From Dendrobates tinctorius (taxonomy: Eukaryota): a stretch of DNA of 64,000 bases. Of the stretch, positions 24,457 to 35,379 are shown in pieces. The stretch spans positions 3,782,001 to 3,846,000 of the forward strand of contig NW_027361907.1 of NCBI RefSeq assembly GCF_039654945.1, given 5' to 3'. The notes beneath the pieces are model-generated. The model was not told where the DNA came from. It saw nothing but the letters and a program-made list of their open reading frames with translations, and searched no databases. A program made the translations under genes and the position numbers. Each line of letters begins with the position of its first letter. Position 1 is the first letter of the stretch.

Positions 24457-25085
24457 CAATTGTGCCATTTTCCGAGACCCATAGCGTCTCCATTTTTCGC
24501 AATCTGGGGCCAGATGAGGGCTTATTTTTTGCATGCCGAGCTGACATTTCTATATACAATTTTGGGATAGATAAAATGTTTTGGTCGCCCGTTATTCCGT
24601 TTTATTGCAATGTTACAGCGACCAAAAAAGCAATTCTTGTTACAATATGTTATAATTTTTTTACATTTTGAGAGATCAGCTGATTCACAACTCGTCGATA
24701 CCAAATATGTGTATTTTTTATTTATTTTTATTTATTTCGTTTTGAATGGGTAAAAAGGGGGGTGATTTTAACATTTTTAAAAACTTTTTTTCTTTTCACA
24801 TGTTTCAATAGTATCCTTAGGAGACTTGAACCTGTGATCTTCTGATCACTTGTGCAAAAATTCTCACCTGTTATGAGCACCCACCATGAGGCGGCGCTCA
24901 TAGCAGTTCAGCATAAACAACCACAGGGATCTCCTGCACACCCCGGGTTGTCACACCAACCATCGGCGCCTCAGTTATGTGACGGGGCACACATCCGGGC
25001 AAGTTAAATGTCGCTGTCAGAGATAGACCGCAGCATTTAACATGTTAACAGCTGTGGGTGGATTGTGATTCCACTCATGACTGTT
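24072..25085. mobile_element. TTAA-type (piggyBac-like) non-autonomous DNA element, left part
   Basis: Begins TTAACCTCTT. AT-rich body homologous to about 14900-15780 and 59967-63582 (shared GAGACCCATA.., GCCGAGCTGACATTT motifs). Confidence 0.6.
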
Positions 25086-25287
25086 GGGTCACCCCCATCA
25101 TTGCCCATTCCACCACATCAATCATTGCCCACTCCCCACCACCATGATTGTCCTTTACACCAAAACCATCATTGCTTTCTCCCCCATCACCCCATCATTG
25201 CCCATTTCAACACCTCCATAATTGCCTCCCCCCACCCCCATAATTGCCCATTTCATCACCTCCATCATTGCCTCTCCCCACCCCCAT

Positions 25288-28236
25288 CATAGTCATAGAA
25301 TCATAGAATCATAGAATCATAGAATCGTAGAGTTGGAAGGGACCTCCTGGGCCATCTGGTCCAACCCCCTGCTCAAAGCAGGATTCGCTAAATCATCCCA
25401 GTCAGATGTCTGTCCAGCCTCTGTTTGAAGACTTCCATTGAAGGAGAACTCACCACTTCTCGTGGCAGCCTGTTCCACTCATTGATCACTCTAACTGTCA
25501 AAAAGTTTTTTCTAATATCTAATCTGTGTCTCCTCCCATTCAGTTTCATCCCATTGCTTCTAGTCTTTCCTTGTGCAAATGAGAATAAAGTTGATCCTTC
25601 TACAATGTGACAGCCCTTTAGATATTTGTAGACAGCTATTAAGTCTCCTCTCAGTCTTCTCTTTTGCAAACTAAACATTCCCAAATCCTGCAACCTTTCC
25701 TCATAAGACAGGGTTTGCAGACCGGTCACCATTCTGGTCGCTCTTTTCTGAACTTGCTCCAGTTTGTTGATGTCTTTTTTAAAATGTGGTGCCCAAAACT
25801 GGACACAATATTCCAGATGAGGTCTGACCAAAGAGGAGTAGAGCGAAATAATGACTTCACGTGATCTAGACTGTATGCTTCTGTTAATACATCCTAGAAT
25901 TGCATTTGCCATTTTTGCTGCTGCATCACACTGTTGACTCATATTCAGTCTGTGATCTATTAGTATACCCAAGTCTTTTTCACATGTGCTGTCACTTAGC
26001 CCTATTCCTCCCATTCTATATATGCTTTTTCCATTTTTATTGCCCAGATGTAGTACTTTGCATTTCTCCCTGTTAAAAACCATTCTGTTTGTTGCTGCCC
26101 ACTTCTCCAGTTTATTTAAATCTTTTTGAATCCTCTCTCTCTCTTCTCTAGTATTAGCTATCCCTCCTAGCTTTGTGTCATCAGCAAATTTAATCAGTTT
26201 ACCCTCAATTCCTTCATCTAAATCGTTGATAAAGATGTTGAACAATACAGGGCCCAGGACAGAGCCCTGTGGTACCCCACTTGAGACATTCTTCCAACTG
26301 GATGTGCAGCCATTTACGACCACTCTTTGGGTCCGATCACTAAGCCAGTTATGAATCCACCTAACAGTTGTCTTGTCCATTCCATACTTAATCATTTTTT
26401 CAATAAGGATTGTATGAGAGACTTTGTCAAATGCTTTGCTGAAGTCAAGATATACTATATCTACAGCATTTCCTTGATCCACCCAATCAGTGATACCGTC
26501 ATAGAAGGAAATTAAGTTAGTCTGACATGACTTATTAGTTACAAACCCATGCTGACTCTGTTTAATCACTTCATTCTTATCCAGGTATTGACATACATGT
26601 TGTTTAATAATTTGTTCAAAGATCTTTCCTGGTATAGAAGTCAGACTCACCGGCCTATAGTTACCTGGGTCCACCTTCTTCCCCTTTTTGAAGATAGGAA
26701 CAACATTTGCTCTTCTCCAGTCTTCTGGCACTTCTCCTGTTCTCCAAGAATTTTCAAAGATTATAGAGAGGGGTTCAAAAATTTCTTCTGCTATCTCCTT
26801 CAGTACTCTGGGGTGTAATTCATCTGGACCTGGAGACTTGAATTCATTTAGGCTAGCTAAGTGTTTCCTCACTATCTTTCTGTTTATAGATATCCTGGAT
26901 TCTTCTATTCCCTTAATAGGACAGTGAATAACAGTTGATGTTACATTTCCTTTCTGAGAGAAAACAGATGCAAAATAGGAATTTAAAAGTTCAGCCTTCT
27001 CAACATCCTGTCTTACCATTTCATCATTTTCATCCTGTAAAAATCCTATAGCATCTTTGACTTTTCTTTTACTTTTGACATATCCCCAAAATCCTTTATT
27101 ATTGCTTTTGACATCTCTTGCAAGCCTCAATTCATTTTCAGCTTTAGATAATCTGATTTGTGCCCTGCAGGTTCTGCAGACAGCATTATATTCTTCTTTA
27201 GATATGCCTCCCTCTTTCCATTTTATAAACATTTTTTTCTTCCTTTTTAGCATGTGCTTAAGTTCTGTGTTCATCCATCCTGGTTTCCTTAACTGCTTCC
27301 TATTCTTCCCTCTTTTCGGAATTGTTAACAACTGTGCTTTGAGAATTTCATTTTTCAAGATTTCCCATCCTTCCTGGACATTTTTGTCTTTAAGGATATC
27401 CAGCCATTGGATTCCTCCAATTCTCTTTCTGAATCCCTTAAAATCTGCCTTTCTGAAATCTAACCTTGACGTCTGAGTCTTCACAAGTCTTCCGCCTCTA
27501 GTTATCCAAAATTCTAAAATAGCATGGTCGCTACCTCCTAGGGTCCCAGCCACTTTTACCTCCTCAACCATTTCCTCCCTGTTTATAAGGATTAGATCCA
27601 AGGTAGCAGTTCCCCTTGTTTTCTCCCTTACCTTTTGGAAGATAAAGTTGTCAGCAAGAGAGGATAAGAATTTCCTTGACCTGTTAGTTTTGCCTGAGAG
27701 AGATTCCCAACAAATGTCTGGATAGTTGAAATCTCCCATGACAACTATGTCATATTTTTTTGAGAACTTGGCCATTTGATGCATAAAGAGTTCATCCATA
27801 GCTTCAGCTTGCACAGGCGGCCTGTAGTAAATGCCTACAATGGTGTCCTTTCCATTGTTCTGTCCTTGTATTCTTACCCAAACAGTTTCCACAGAACTCC
27901 CAGTCTCTGAAGCTTCAATCTCTGTGCAGATATACACGTTTCTAACATACAATGCGACACCCCCTCCTCGTTTATCAAGTCTGTTTCTTGCAAATAAGTT
28001 GTATCCTTCTAGTCTTGTATTCCAATCATGTGTATTGTCCCACCAAGTTTCAGTGATTCCAATGACATCATATTTCTTTTCCTGTGTTAGTAGTTCCAAT
28101 TCTCCTTGTTTGTTGCCCATGCTTTGTGCATTAGTATAGAAACATTTTAGTTTGTGATTGGTTTCTCTTTCTCCAATATTTTTATTAATTAGATTCTTTC
28201 GTCTTTGTTCTTCCTTTCCACTTCTAATAGCAGAGT
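25288..28236 (-). mobile_element. CR1 LINE (copy C), truncated just upstream of ORF2, inserted in a CCATCATTGCC-rich tandem repeat
   Basis: (CATAGAAT)n tail at about 25295-25330. Near-identical to copy B. Flanked on both sides by about 44-bp C-rich repeats (25090-25290, 28237-28400). Confidence 0.96.
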
Positions 28237-28240
28237 CCAT
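25388..28240 (-). CDS. CR1 ORF2: APE endonuclease plus reverse transcriptase, uninterrupted (about 950 codons)
   Basis: APE motifs YTNAQS, GITETWW, GGGVALYV, IYYRPP, MGDFN, LDLIL, SDH. RT motifs YLDFSKAFD, GVPQGS, FADD. The start is uncertain; the 28241-28303 extension in the ORF track is flanking repeat. Confidence 0.92.
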   Translation of the reverse strand: MDSAIRSGKEEQRRKNLINKNIGERETNHKLKCFYTNAQSMGNKQGELELLTQEKKYDVIGITETWWDNTHDWNTRLEGYNLFARNRLDKRGGGVALYVRNVYICTEIEASETGSSVETVWVRIQGQNNGKDTIVGIYYRPPVQAEAMDELFMHQMAKFSKKYDIVVMGDFNYPDICWESLSGKTNRSRKFLSSLADNFIFQKVREKTRGTATLDLILINREEMVEEVKVAGTLGGSDHAILEFWITRGGRLVKTQTSRLDFRKADFKGFRKRIGGIQWLDILKDKNVQEGWEILKNEILKAQLLTIPKRGKNRKQLRKPGWMNTELKHMLKRKKKMFIKWKEGGISKEEYNAVCRTCRAQIRLSKAENELRLARDVKSNNKGFWGYVKSKRKVKDAIGFLQDENDEMVRQDVEKAELLNSYFASVFSQKGNVTSTVIHCPIKGIEESRISINRKIVRKHLASLNEFKSPGPDELHPRVLKEIAEEIFEPLSIIFENSWRTGEVPEDWRRANVVPIFKKGKKVDPGNYRPVSLTSIPGKIFEQIIKQHVCQYLDKNEVIKQSQHGFVTNKSCQTNLISFYDGITDWVDQGNAVDIVYLDFSKAFDKVSHTILIEKMIKYGMDKTTVRWIHNWLSDRTQRVVVNGCTSSWKNVSSGVPQGSVLGPVLFNIFINDLDEGIEGKLIKFADDTKLGGIANTREERERIQKDLNKLEKWAATNRMVFNREKCKVLHLGNKNGKSIYRMGGIGLSDSTCEKDLGILIDHRLNMSQQCDAAAKMANAILGCINRSIQSRSREVIISLYSSLVRPHLEYCVQFWAPHFKKDINKLEQVQKRATRMVTGLQTLSYEERLQDLGMFSLQKRRLRGDLIAVYKYLKGCHIVEGSTLFSFAQGKTRSNGMKLNGRRHRLDIRKNFLTVRVINEWNRLPREVVSSPSMEVFKQRLDRHLTGMI

Positions 28241-29510
28241 TTCATCACCTCCATCAATGCCTCCCCCCACCACCATCATTGCCCATTTCATCACCTCGAT
28301 CATTGCCTCTCCCCCACCCCATCATTGTCCATTTCATTACCTCCATCATTGCATCCCCTCACCACCATCACTGTCCTTCCACATCACCCCATCATTGCCA
28401 ACACACACACACAACACTGCACCTCTCTCACACTCACAGACAAAGCACCACACCACATATACACACGTACGCACGCACACAGACACACAGCACCACTCAC
28501 CTCTCGGCAAGTTCCCCGCAGCCTCTTCCTCATCGGCAGCTTTCTGTCTGAAACAGCACGCTGGATGATGACGTCATCCAGCTGGGCTGTCTCAGGCAGG
28601 AAGCTGGCATATGCGGCAAGGAACATGTGGAGAGGTGAGTGTGCTGTGTCTGTCTGCGTGCGTGCGTGTGTGTGAGATGCATTGGTGGGGCTTTATATGT
28701 GGGCAGCGCTAACTGCAGCCTGTTGCTAATGCTGCCCACTATTAAAGAGAAATCGTATTCACTCCTCTCCACGCCCATGGGGGTGTGGGGAAATGTGAAT
28801 ATTCATTTCTCTTTAGCAGAGGGGACAGGCTGGCACAGGACGGGCCCCCTTTACTCAGGGGCCCCAAAGCCACTGGCAGAGTGTACATTAATGAGAAGAA
28901 AAATGAACTTTTTTGAATTTACCAAATGGCTGCAATGAAACACAGAGTGAAAATTTAAAGGGGTCCTTAACCTTATTTGACTTGTTTCGCCTAATTTTTT
29001 GTTTGATTTTAAGGGAACCTGTTAGCAGGTTTTTAGACCTTAAACTTACGTCATCCATGTAAAACATCTGAAATATCGATTATCTTTAAACCCTTGAATC
29101 ATAAGTCCATGCCTTCATTTTCTAGAAATTCACGTCTATGTAAAAGATCTCACAGGTGCAGGGGGCCTGGCCTTGCACTTACAGCTCTCCAGACCTCTTT
29201 CACCTTCCACCGCAAGCCCCATGTCAATGACTGACAGGACACTTTCTCTGTGATCTGATCTCCCACACAAAATATCATGAAGAAGTAGTCATTTCCGGGA
29301 AGAGTGCATGTCCAGTAAGGTCCTGATGAGGCATGAGATGTAGGGTTGGGGAGTCGGTCACAGAAAAAAAAGTGACTTGTTGGTCGCTGACAGTAGACCA
29401 TGGACGAGAGGAGAAAGAGGGAGAGAGACTGGAGACCTGTAGCTACAGGATAAAGGACCCACAATTGTGAACTCATCTGCATTAACATTCGTCAATGGAG
29501 TTCTAGATGC

Positions 29511-31684
29511 ACCCCATCTTGACTGAAAAAATAAACAGAAATGTAGAAATTTTTGCAAATTTATTAAAAACGAAAAACTGAAATATCACATGGTCATAAG
29601 TATTCAGACAATTTGCCCAGACACTCATATTTAAGTCACATGCTGTCCATTTCCTTGTGGTCCTCCTTGAGATGGTTCTACTCCTTCATTGGCGTCCAGC
29701 TGTGTTTAATTAAATTGATAGGACTTGATTTGTAAAGGCACACACCTGTCTATATAAGACTTCACAGCTCACAGTGCATGTCAGATCAAATGAGAATCAT
29801 GAGGTCAAAGGAACTGGACAAGGAGCTCAGAGACAGAATTGTGGCAAGGCACACATCTGGCCAAGGTTACAAAAGAATTTCTGCAGTACTGAAAGGTTCC
29901 AAAGAGCACAGTGGCCTCAATAATCCTTAAATGGAAGAAGTTTGGGACCACCAGAAGTCTTCCTAGACCTGGCCATCCAGCCAAACTGAGCAATCGTGGG
30001 AGAAGAGCCTTGGTGAGAGACATAAAAAAGAACCCAAAGATCTTTGTGGCTGAGCTCCACAGATCCAGAAGGGAGATGGAGGAAAGTTCCACAAAGTCAA
30101 CTATGACTGCAGCCCTCCACTAGTCGGGCCTGTCAGAAACACCGCACTGAACTTGCTCACTGAGCCAGTGTGCGTGTCCTGAGTAAAGCGAACTGTGCTC
30201 AAAGATACCTGTGGAGCGGGCAGCAGCCGAGTAGATGCGTACTTCAGAGCTGCAGGACCTGAAGCACGTGACTGCTGGGGCGTGGCCTAAACTCCAGAGA
30301 GCTAGGAGCTGCAAGAGAACTCCTAGCAGGGTAACTGCGAGACAAAGTTACCAAGGGGAATAGACAGGGAGGATAGTCAGGATGTAGCCAATGAGTCATA
30401 CACAAAGATAGCTGCAAGGTACAAGAGGGGCGAGCAGAGAGTAGTCAGATCACAGGCAATGAGTCATACACAGAGAGGATAGCACAGTACAGAATCAACA
30501 GGCAAACTCACAACGGGAAACAGAACCGGGTCAGAACCATATAAACAAGATATAACAACGAACAGGCACAGGCACACAGAGGTCAGCACACTCAGCCAAA
30601 GGCAAAAGTATAACTGGCAGGGATTGGAGCTTCCCAGGGGTTTAAGAAGCTCTCCCAGAACCAGAAAGAGGCCACAATCATTAACCGCAGGTGTGCAGGT
30701 CAAAACCTGCACTGAGCTCCAGACATTAACCCCTGATGTGCAGCTCAAAAACCTGCACTGGGATCATGACAGAGCCTTTATGGCACAGTGGAAGCCTCTC
30801 CTCAGTGCAAGACATATGAAAGTATGAAAGGTCGCATAGTGTTTGCTAAAAAACACATGAAGGATTCCCAGACTATGAAAAATAAGATTCTCTGGTCTGA
30901 TGAGATGAAGATAGACCTTTTTGGTGATAATTCTAAGCGGTATGTGTGGAGAAAACCAGGCACTGCTCATCACTTGCACAATACAATCCCAACAGTGAAA
31001 CATCGTGGTGGCAGCAGCATGCTATGGGGGTGTTTTTCAGCTGCAGGGTCAGGACGACTGGTTGCAATCGAAGGAAACATGAATGCGGCCAAGTTCAGAG
31101 ATATCCTGGATGAAAACCTCTTCCAGAGTGCTCTGGACCTCAGACTTGGCCGAAGGTTCACCTTCCAACAAGACAATGACCCTAAGCAGCACACAGCTAA
31201 AATTACAAATTGTGGCTTCAGAACAAATCTGTGACCATTCTAGACTGGCCCAGCCAGAGCCCTGACCTAAACTCAATTGAGCATTTCTGGAGAGACCTGA
31301 AAATGGCTGTCCACCAACGTTCACCATCCGACCTGACGGAACTGGAGAGGATCTGCAAGGAAGAATGGCAGAGGATCCCTAAATCCAGGTGTGAAACACT
31401 TGTTGCATCATTCCCAAGAAGACTCATGGCTGTACTAGCTCAAAAGTTTGCTTCTACTCAATACTGAGCGAAGGGTCTGAATACTTAAGCCCATGTGATA
31501 TTTCAGTTTTTGATTTTTAATAAATTAGCAAAAATTTCTACATTTCTTTTTTTTTTTCAGTGACGATGGGGCGCAGAGTGAACATTAATGAGAAAAAAAT
31601 GAACTTTTTTGAATTTACCAAATGGCTGCAATGAAACAAATCCTGAAAAATTTAAAGGAGTCTGAATACTTTCCATACCCACTG
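29511..31684 (+). mobile_element. Degenerate Tc1 (DD34E) transposon with broken left TIR, interrupted by a solo LTR
   Basis: ATG at 29799 (MRSKEL), [39 protein letters not shown] across frameshifts, stop at 31467. Right TIR ends CCCACTG-TA at 31684. Confidence 0.92.
30131..30771. mobile_element. Solo LTR-like insertion (641 bp) in the Tc1 transposase
   Basis: TGTCA...TGACA ends. 5-bp TSD GGGCC / GAGCC (4/5 match). Transposase sequence resumes directly afterwards. Confidence 0.85.
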
Positions 31685-32455
31685 TAGTAGTATATAATAA
31701 TAATGTGTATGTCCTAAAAAGTTGAATGGCACACCATTTCCTATGTTCCCTTTAAAGCACATCATTTCCATCACTTGACTTTATACACTCAGTGTCTTGC
31801 ATCAGTACCTCAGTATCTGGTTCAGTGTTACAGTACAAAAAATGCTAATGTCATAACTTGCAATAAATTACAACTCATATACCCATTACAATTGTAATAT
31901 AGGCTAGTTTGACAACTATTACATTTTTAATTAATTGCTCAGTGAAAATTCAGCCTTGTCAATGGATAAATGTTTTGCAAACCTCCATGCACATAGTTTA
32001 TCACAACTACATCTGGTTTCTGTATACTTAATTACATCTTCTGTGAACTCTTGGTGATGCATACATAGGTATCCCAGAATTAAATTGTTTCCATACCACT
32101 GTAAACCTTCTGCAGGTGATCTACATTATATTATGTAAACAGGGAAAATGTATCCATTTTTACATATGTTTATAAGTATTCTTACAGTACATTCCCAGAT
32201 ATGCTTCTTCAAAAATTGCAACTTGGTTCTTTAATGTAAAACATGTTTAACTATTTATGGTTGCCTATAATTCATTTTATGTGAGCTGCAATATGTTTGA
32301 TTAATTTTCAATTACTCTAACTAAATGCGTGTTATGTCTTATGCAAGAAAATGTGGGCAAGCTATAAAAAGATGCCATATAGTATGCCATAGACTATTTG
32401 AACAGACTTTACATTGCAGTCGTTTTCATTAATGCTTCCCAACATTTTAGATTAA

Positions 32456-33080
32456 AGCTGTGTGCACACGTTGCGGATTTTGATTGCATCAAATCCGCAG
32501 TGTGGTACAGTACCAATGATAGTCAATGGGAATTTGAGAATTGCTGTGCACATGCTGCGGAAAAATCCACCCGGATTTGCATGGTTTTATTTTCAGCAGC
32601 ATGTAAATTCTTTGTACGGATCTGCAGCGTTTCTGCACCCATTGACTATACATTGAGTAAGGAAAATCCACACAACAAAAAACACATGACAATCCGCAAT
32701 AAATCCACAAGAAATCTGCATCAATTCCGCATGAAATCCGCAAGCGCTTTGGTCTGCGTTTTCTGCCAAGAGGTACAGATTCTGTGCAGAAAATTGCACA
32801 CACAAATTTGCAACGTGTGCGCACATCCTAAGTGTATGTGCACATGCTGCGGATTCTGCTGCGGATCCGCAGCGGTTTTGGCTCTGCGGGTCCGCAGCAG
32901 ATTTTGCTGCGTTGTACAGTACCTTTATTTCCTATGTTAAAAAAAAAACGCAGTGCACATGCTGTGGATTTTTCCGCGGTTTACAATCCGCAGCATGTCA
33001 ATTCTTTTGTACAGAACCGCTGCGGTTTCACACCTCATCCATTATGAGGTGTGAAACCGCAGGGCAAGACTGTGGAGACC
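32456..33080. mobile_element. Two adjacent Harbinger-type MITEs (TGTGCACACG/TGCGG family); the second resumes at about 34885-34974
   Basis: TIRs ..TGTGCACACGTTGC / GCAACGTGTGCGCACA. Abundant TGCGG/CCGCA subterminal motifs. TAA at the junctions. Confidence 0.72.
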
Positions 33081-33327
33081 TGTGTGTCTTAACCAGTGCC
33101 TTCCCCCCTCCTTCCAATCCCGTAATGAAACACAGACAATCCTAGGTGGGTTGAACAGGTCGGTCACAGTTTATTAATTACATAATCAGAGAAAGGCAAT
33201 TACACTGCGTAACTTGCAGCTCATGCCGAGATCCTGTCCGCATTCGACAGGCAAGTTGGCCCAACGAGCGGTTACGAACCTTTGCCCTCCTTCTCCTTCT
33301 ACCGCAACGGAGGATCCTGTGTATAAC

Positions 33328-33930
33328 CTACATGGGACTCTGACCCCCACCCATCAGCGTTAGGGCCTGTTCAACCCCATCCTGTAAATCAGACAGAAAA
33401 ATATCGAGACCAATGTCCGTCAGGTGAACTCCGTCCGGTCTTAATAGTCTTGTGTTATCCCATTGCAGGTGGTGGTGACGAATTACGATACCGCCTTTTC
33501 CTCTCACAAATTTTCCCATCCGGGCTTTGAATTTCCTCCTTGTGCGCTCTATGGCTTTTTTATCTCTTGCGCCTCGCCAGACAGCCCGTGGTATCATCTC
33601 TGACCACACCAGTATCATATTTGTGAATAAAGAGGGGAGCCGTTCTATATCCGTTGTCATCCATTTATACAGATCCGCCACCTTTTGCTTGCCAAGATCA
33701 TTGCCACCCGCGTGTACCACCATTATCACCGGGCGCTTTGCCCTCCTTGATATGTCAACCATCTCTTTGAACACCTGTTTCCATTGGAGGCCTCTGATAC
33801 CCCTCCAGTTAACCTCTAGGCCCGGGAGGTAAAGATTCGTTCCTCCCGGATGTAGTTTGGCCCTTTTTTCCGCCCAATAGACATAGGAATGTCCTAAAAC
33901 CCAAACTTCAACTCCTGCAAGAGATAACAT
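33328..33930 (-). CDS. SGNH/GDSL-family hydrolase carried by the retroelement, 200 aa, intact
   Basis: Block I VWVLGHSYV, block II GIRG, block III VVHAGGNDL, block V DGVHL. All four S-G-N-H residues present. Confidence 0.88.
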   Translation of the reverse strand: MLSLAGVEVWVLGHSYVYWAEKRAKLHPGGTNLYLPGLEVNWRGIRGLQWKQVFKEMVDISRRAKRPVIMVVHAGGNDLGKQKVADLYKWMTTDIERLPSLFTNMILVWSEMIPRAVWRGARDKKAIERTRRKFKARMGKFVRGKGGIVIRHHHLQWDNTRLLRPDGVHLTDIGLDIFLSDLQDGVEQALTLMGGGQSPM

Positions 33931-33931
33931 G

Positions 33932-34590
33932 TTAATTCAGCAAATCAGGTCTTATGTATCTGGCGAAGCATGGGGATTTCCAACGCCCTATTCTCTGCAC
34001 CTCGGCCTCTGACACTCCTGCCCTAGCTGCTTCTGTGGCTGTCCTGATACGGAACGAGTGTGTCCCGAACTCTTTTGGATTTGCGCCGGTTTTCTCCAAG
34101 CATAGCTTAAAAATTGCTTGGAATTGGTACTTAGAGGGGATCCGTCTGTATGAGTGAGGAAAAATCTACTTGCATGCTTTATTACGACGTATCTTTCGAC
34201 GATCTTTAGCGGCCAAAGAGGGCCATTTGATGAGTTAACCAGAACCCATGAGCCCCTACCAGTGGGATCACACTTGGATTTCCTCACCCGAATGCGCATA
34301 ACGTCACTGCATATAACTATGTCCTCATTAATTAGGCCACCTTCCGACGCGTTTTTTAACCGTGGTAGTAATTTGCTGATGCATAGTGCTCCGAAAAAGG
34401 CGACTGCAAAGGCTGCAGATATGAGGACCGCCTTGTATTGCGATGTGCAGACTGATGGGGCTATGGAAATAATGTCATGCAATAATCTCAGTGATATGGA
34501 GCGGCAGCATTCTTGGCTTGGTTGATGCCTTTTCCATCCTTTGATGGCTTGCTTAATGAAAAAATACTTTGTAACGTCCGCCCATCCCAT
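33932..34590 (-). pseudogene. Tyrosine recombinase (DIRS/Ngaro type), frameshifted
   Basis: FFGAL[C]ISKLL (catalytic Arg replaced) and RKSKCD. After a frameshift: GTHSFRI..ATEA and IGRWKSPCFARYIRP-stop at 33932-33934. Confidence 0.88.
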
Positions 34591-35379
34591 TAATTGAAAG
34601 AAAAAGGCTAACCCCGATAATTTCCGTACAATAGCACGATAGCTTCCAGTTGTCCGCTGGGAGGGAAAGAGGTAGTTAATGGCACGGACACCTGGCTTTA
34701 ACCCCTGTAGGTGTGGCCGTAGGACCCTTCCCCTTTAAGAACCATTGGCCGGCAGGGTCATCCCAATTAGTGCATCACCAAGGGGAATGGTGTGAGGGGG
34801 GGGACTGGGCACTGGCCAAATTTTATTGTTGTTGTTAGATGGGCTCCACAGTTAGAGGCGCAATCCTTATACAGTTCTGCGCCTGCCAAACCACAGGCAA
34901 ATCCACAGATAGGATTCATCTGCGATTTCACTACAAAATCTGCAGATCCAAAAAACTCTGTGTGCACATGCCCTCAAGCCAAAGCATAATATGTTAACAC
35001 TAGTGATGGGCAAGCACTAAAATACTCAGGTGCTTGTTACTCCAATCGAACAAATTGTAATGCTTGAGGGCTCATTTCGAGTAACGAACCAAATGGAAGC
35101 CAATGGGAAACTCAAGCGTTTTTCAGGCAGACCCTACCAGGAGGTCTGGTGGAAGACGGAAAATTGCTGGAATGGAATGGGAACATCATAGGAAAACCCC
35201 TGGATGCATCTCTGACTCCCATTCACTGCTGGAAACAATGTTGTCAGAGTATTGCGCCACTTTTACAGACTGACAATAAAACATCCAAAATCGAAGATAA
35301 AATGGATTTTACAGGAAAAATGTTAGGAAACTATTTCCTATATAGTGACTTGTATATAATGCAAAATAAAAAAAGTATT

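Larger units (their letters stand above)
33085..34880 (-). mobile_element. Internally deleted Ngaro/DIRS-type tyrosine-recombinase retrotransposon (YR plus SGNH hydrolase)
   Basis: YR and SGNH ORFs in tandem on the minus strand, with a minus-strand AATAAA near 33170. No RT or RNase H remains. Boundaries approximate. Confidence 0.8.

Noticed and set aside
28241-28303. N-terminal extension of the 971-aa ORF
   Set aside because: Derived from the flanking tandem repeat rather than from CR1.
32398-33145. 180-aa ORF and overlapping ORFs
   Set aside because: They lie in Harbinger MITEs and have no recognisable domain.
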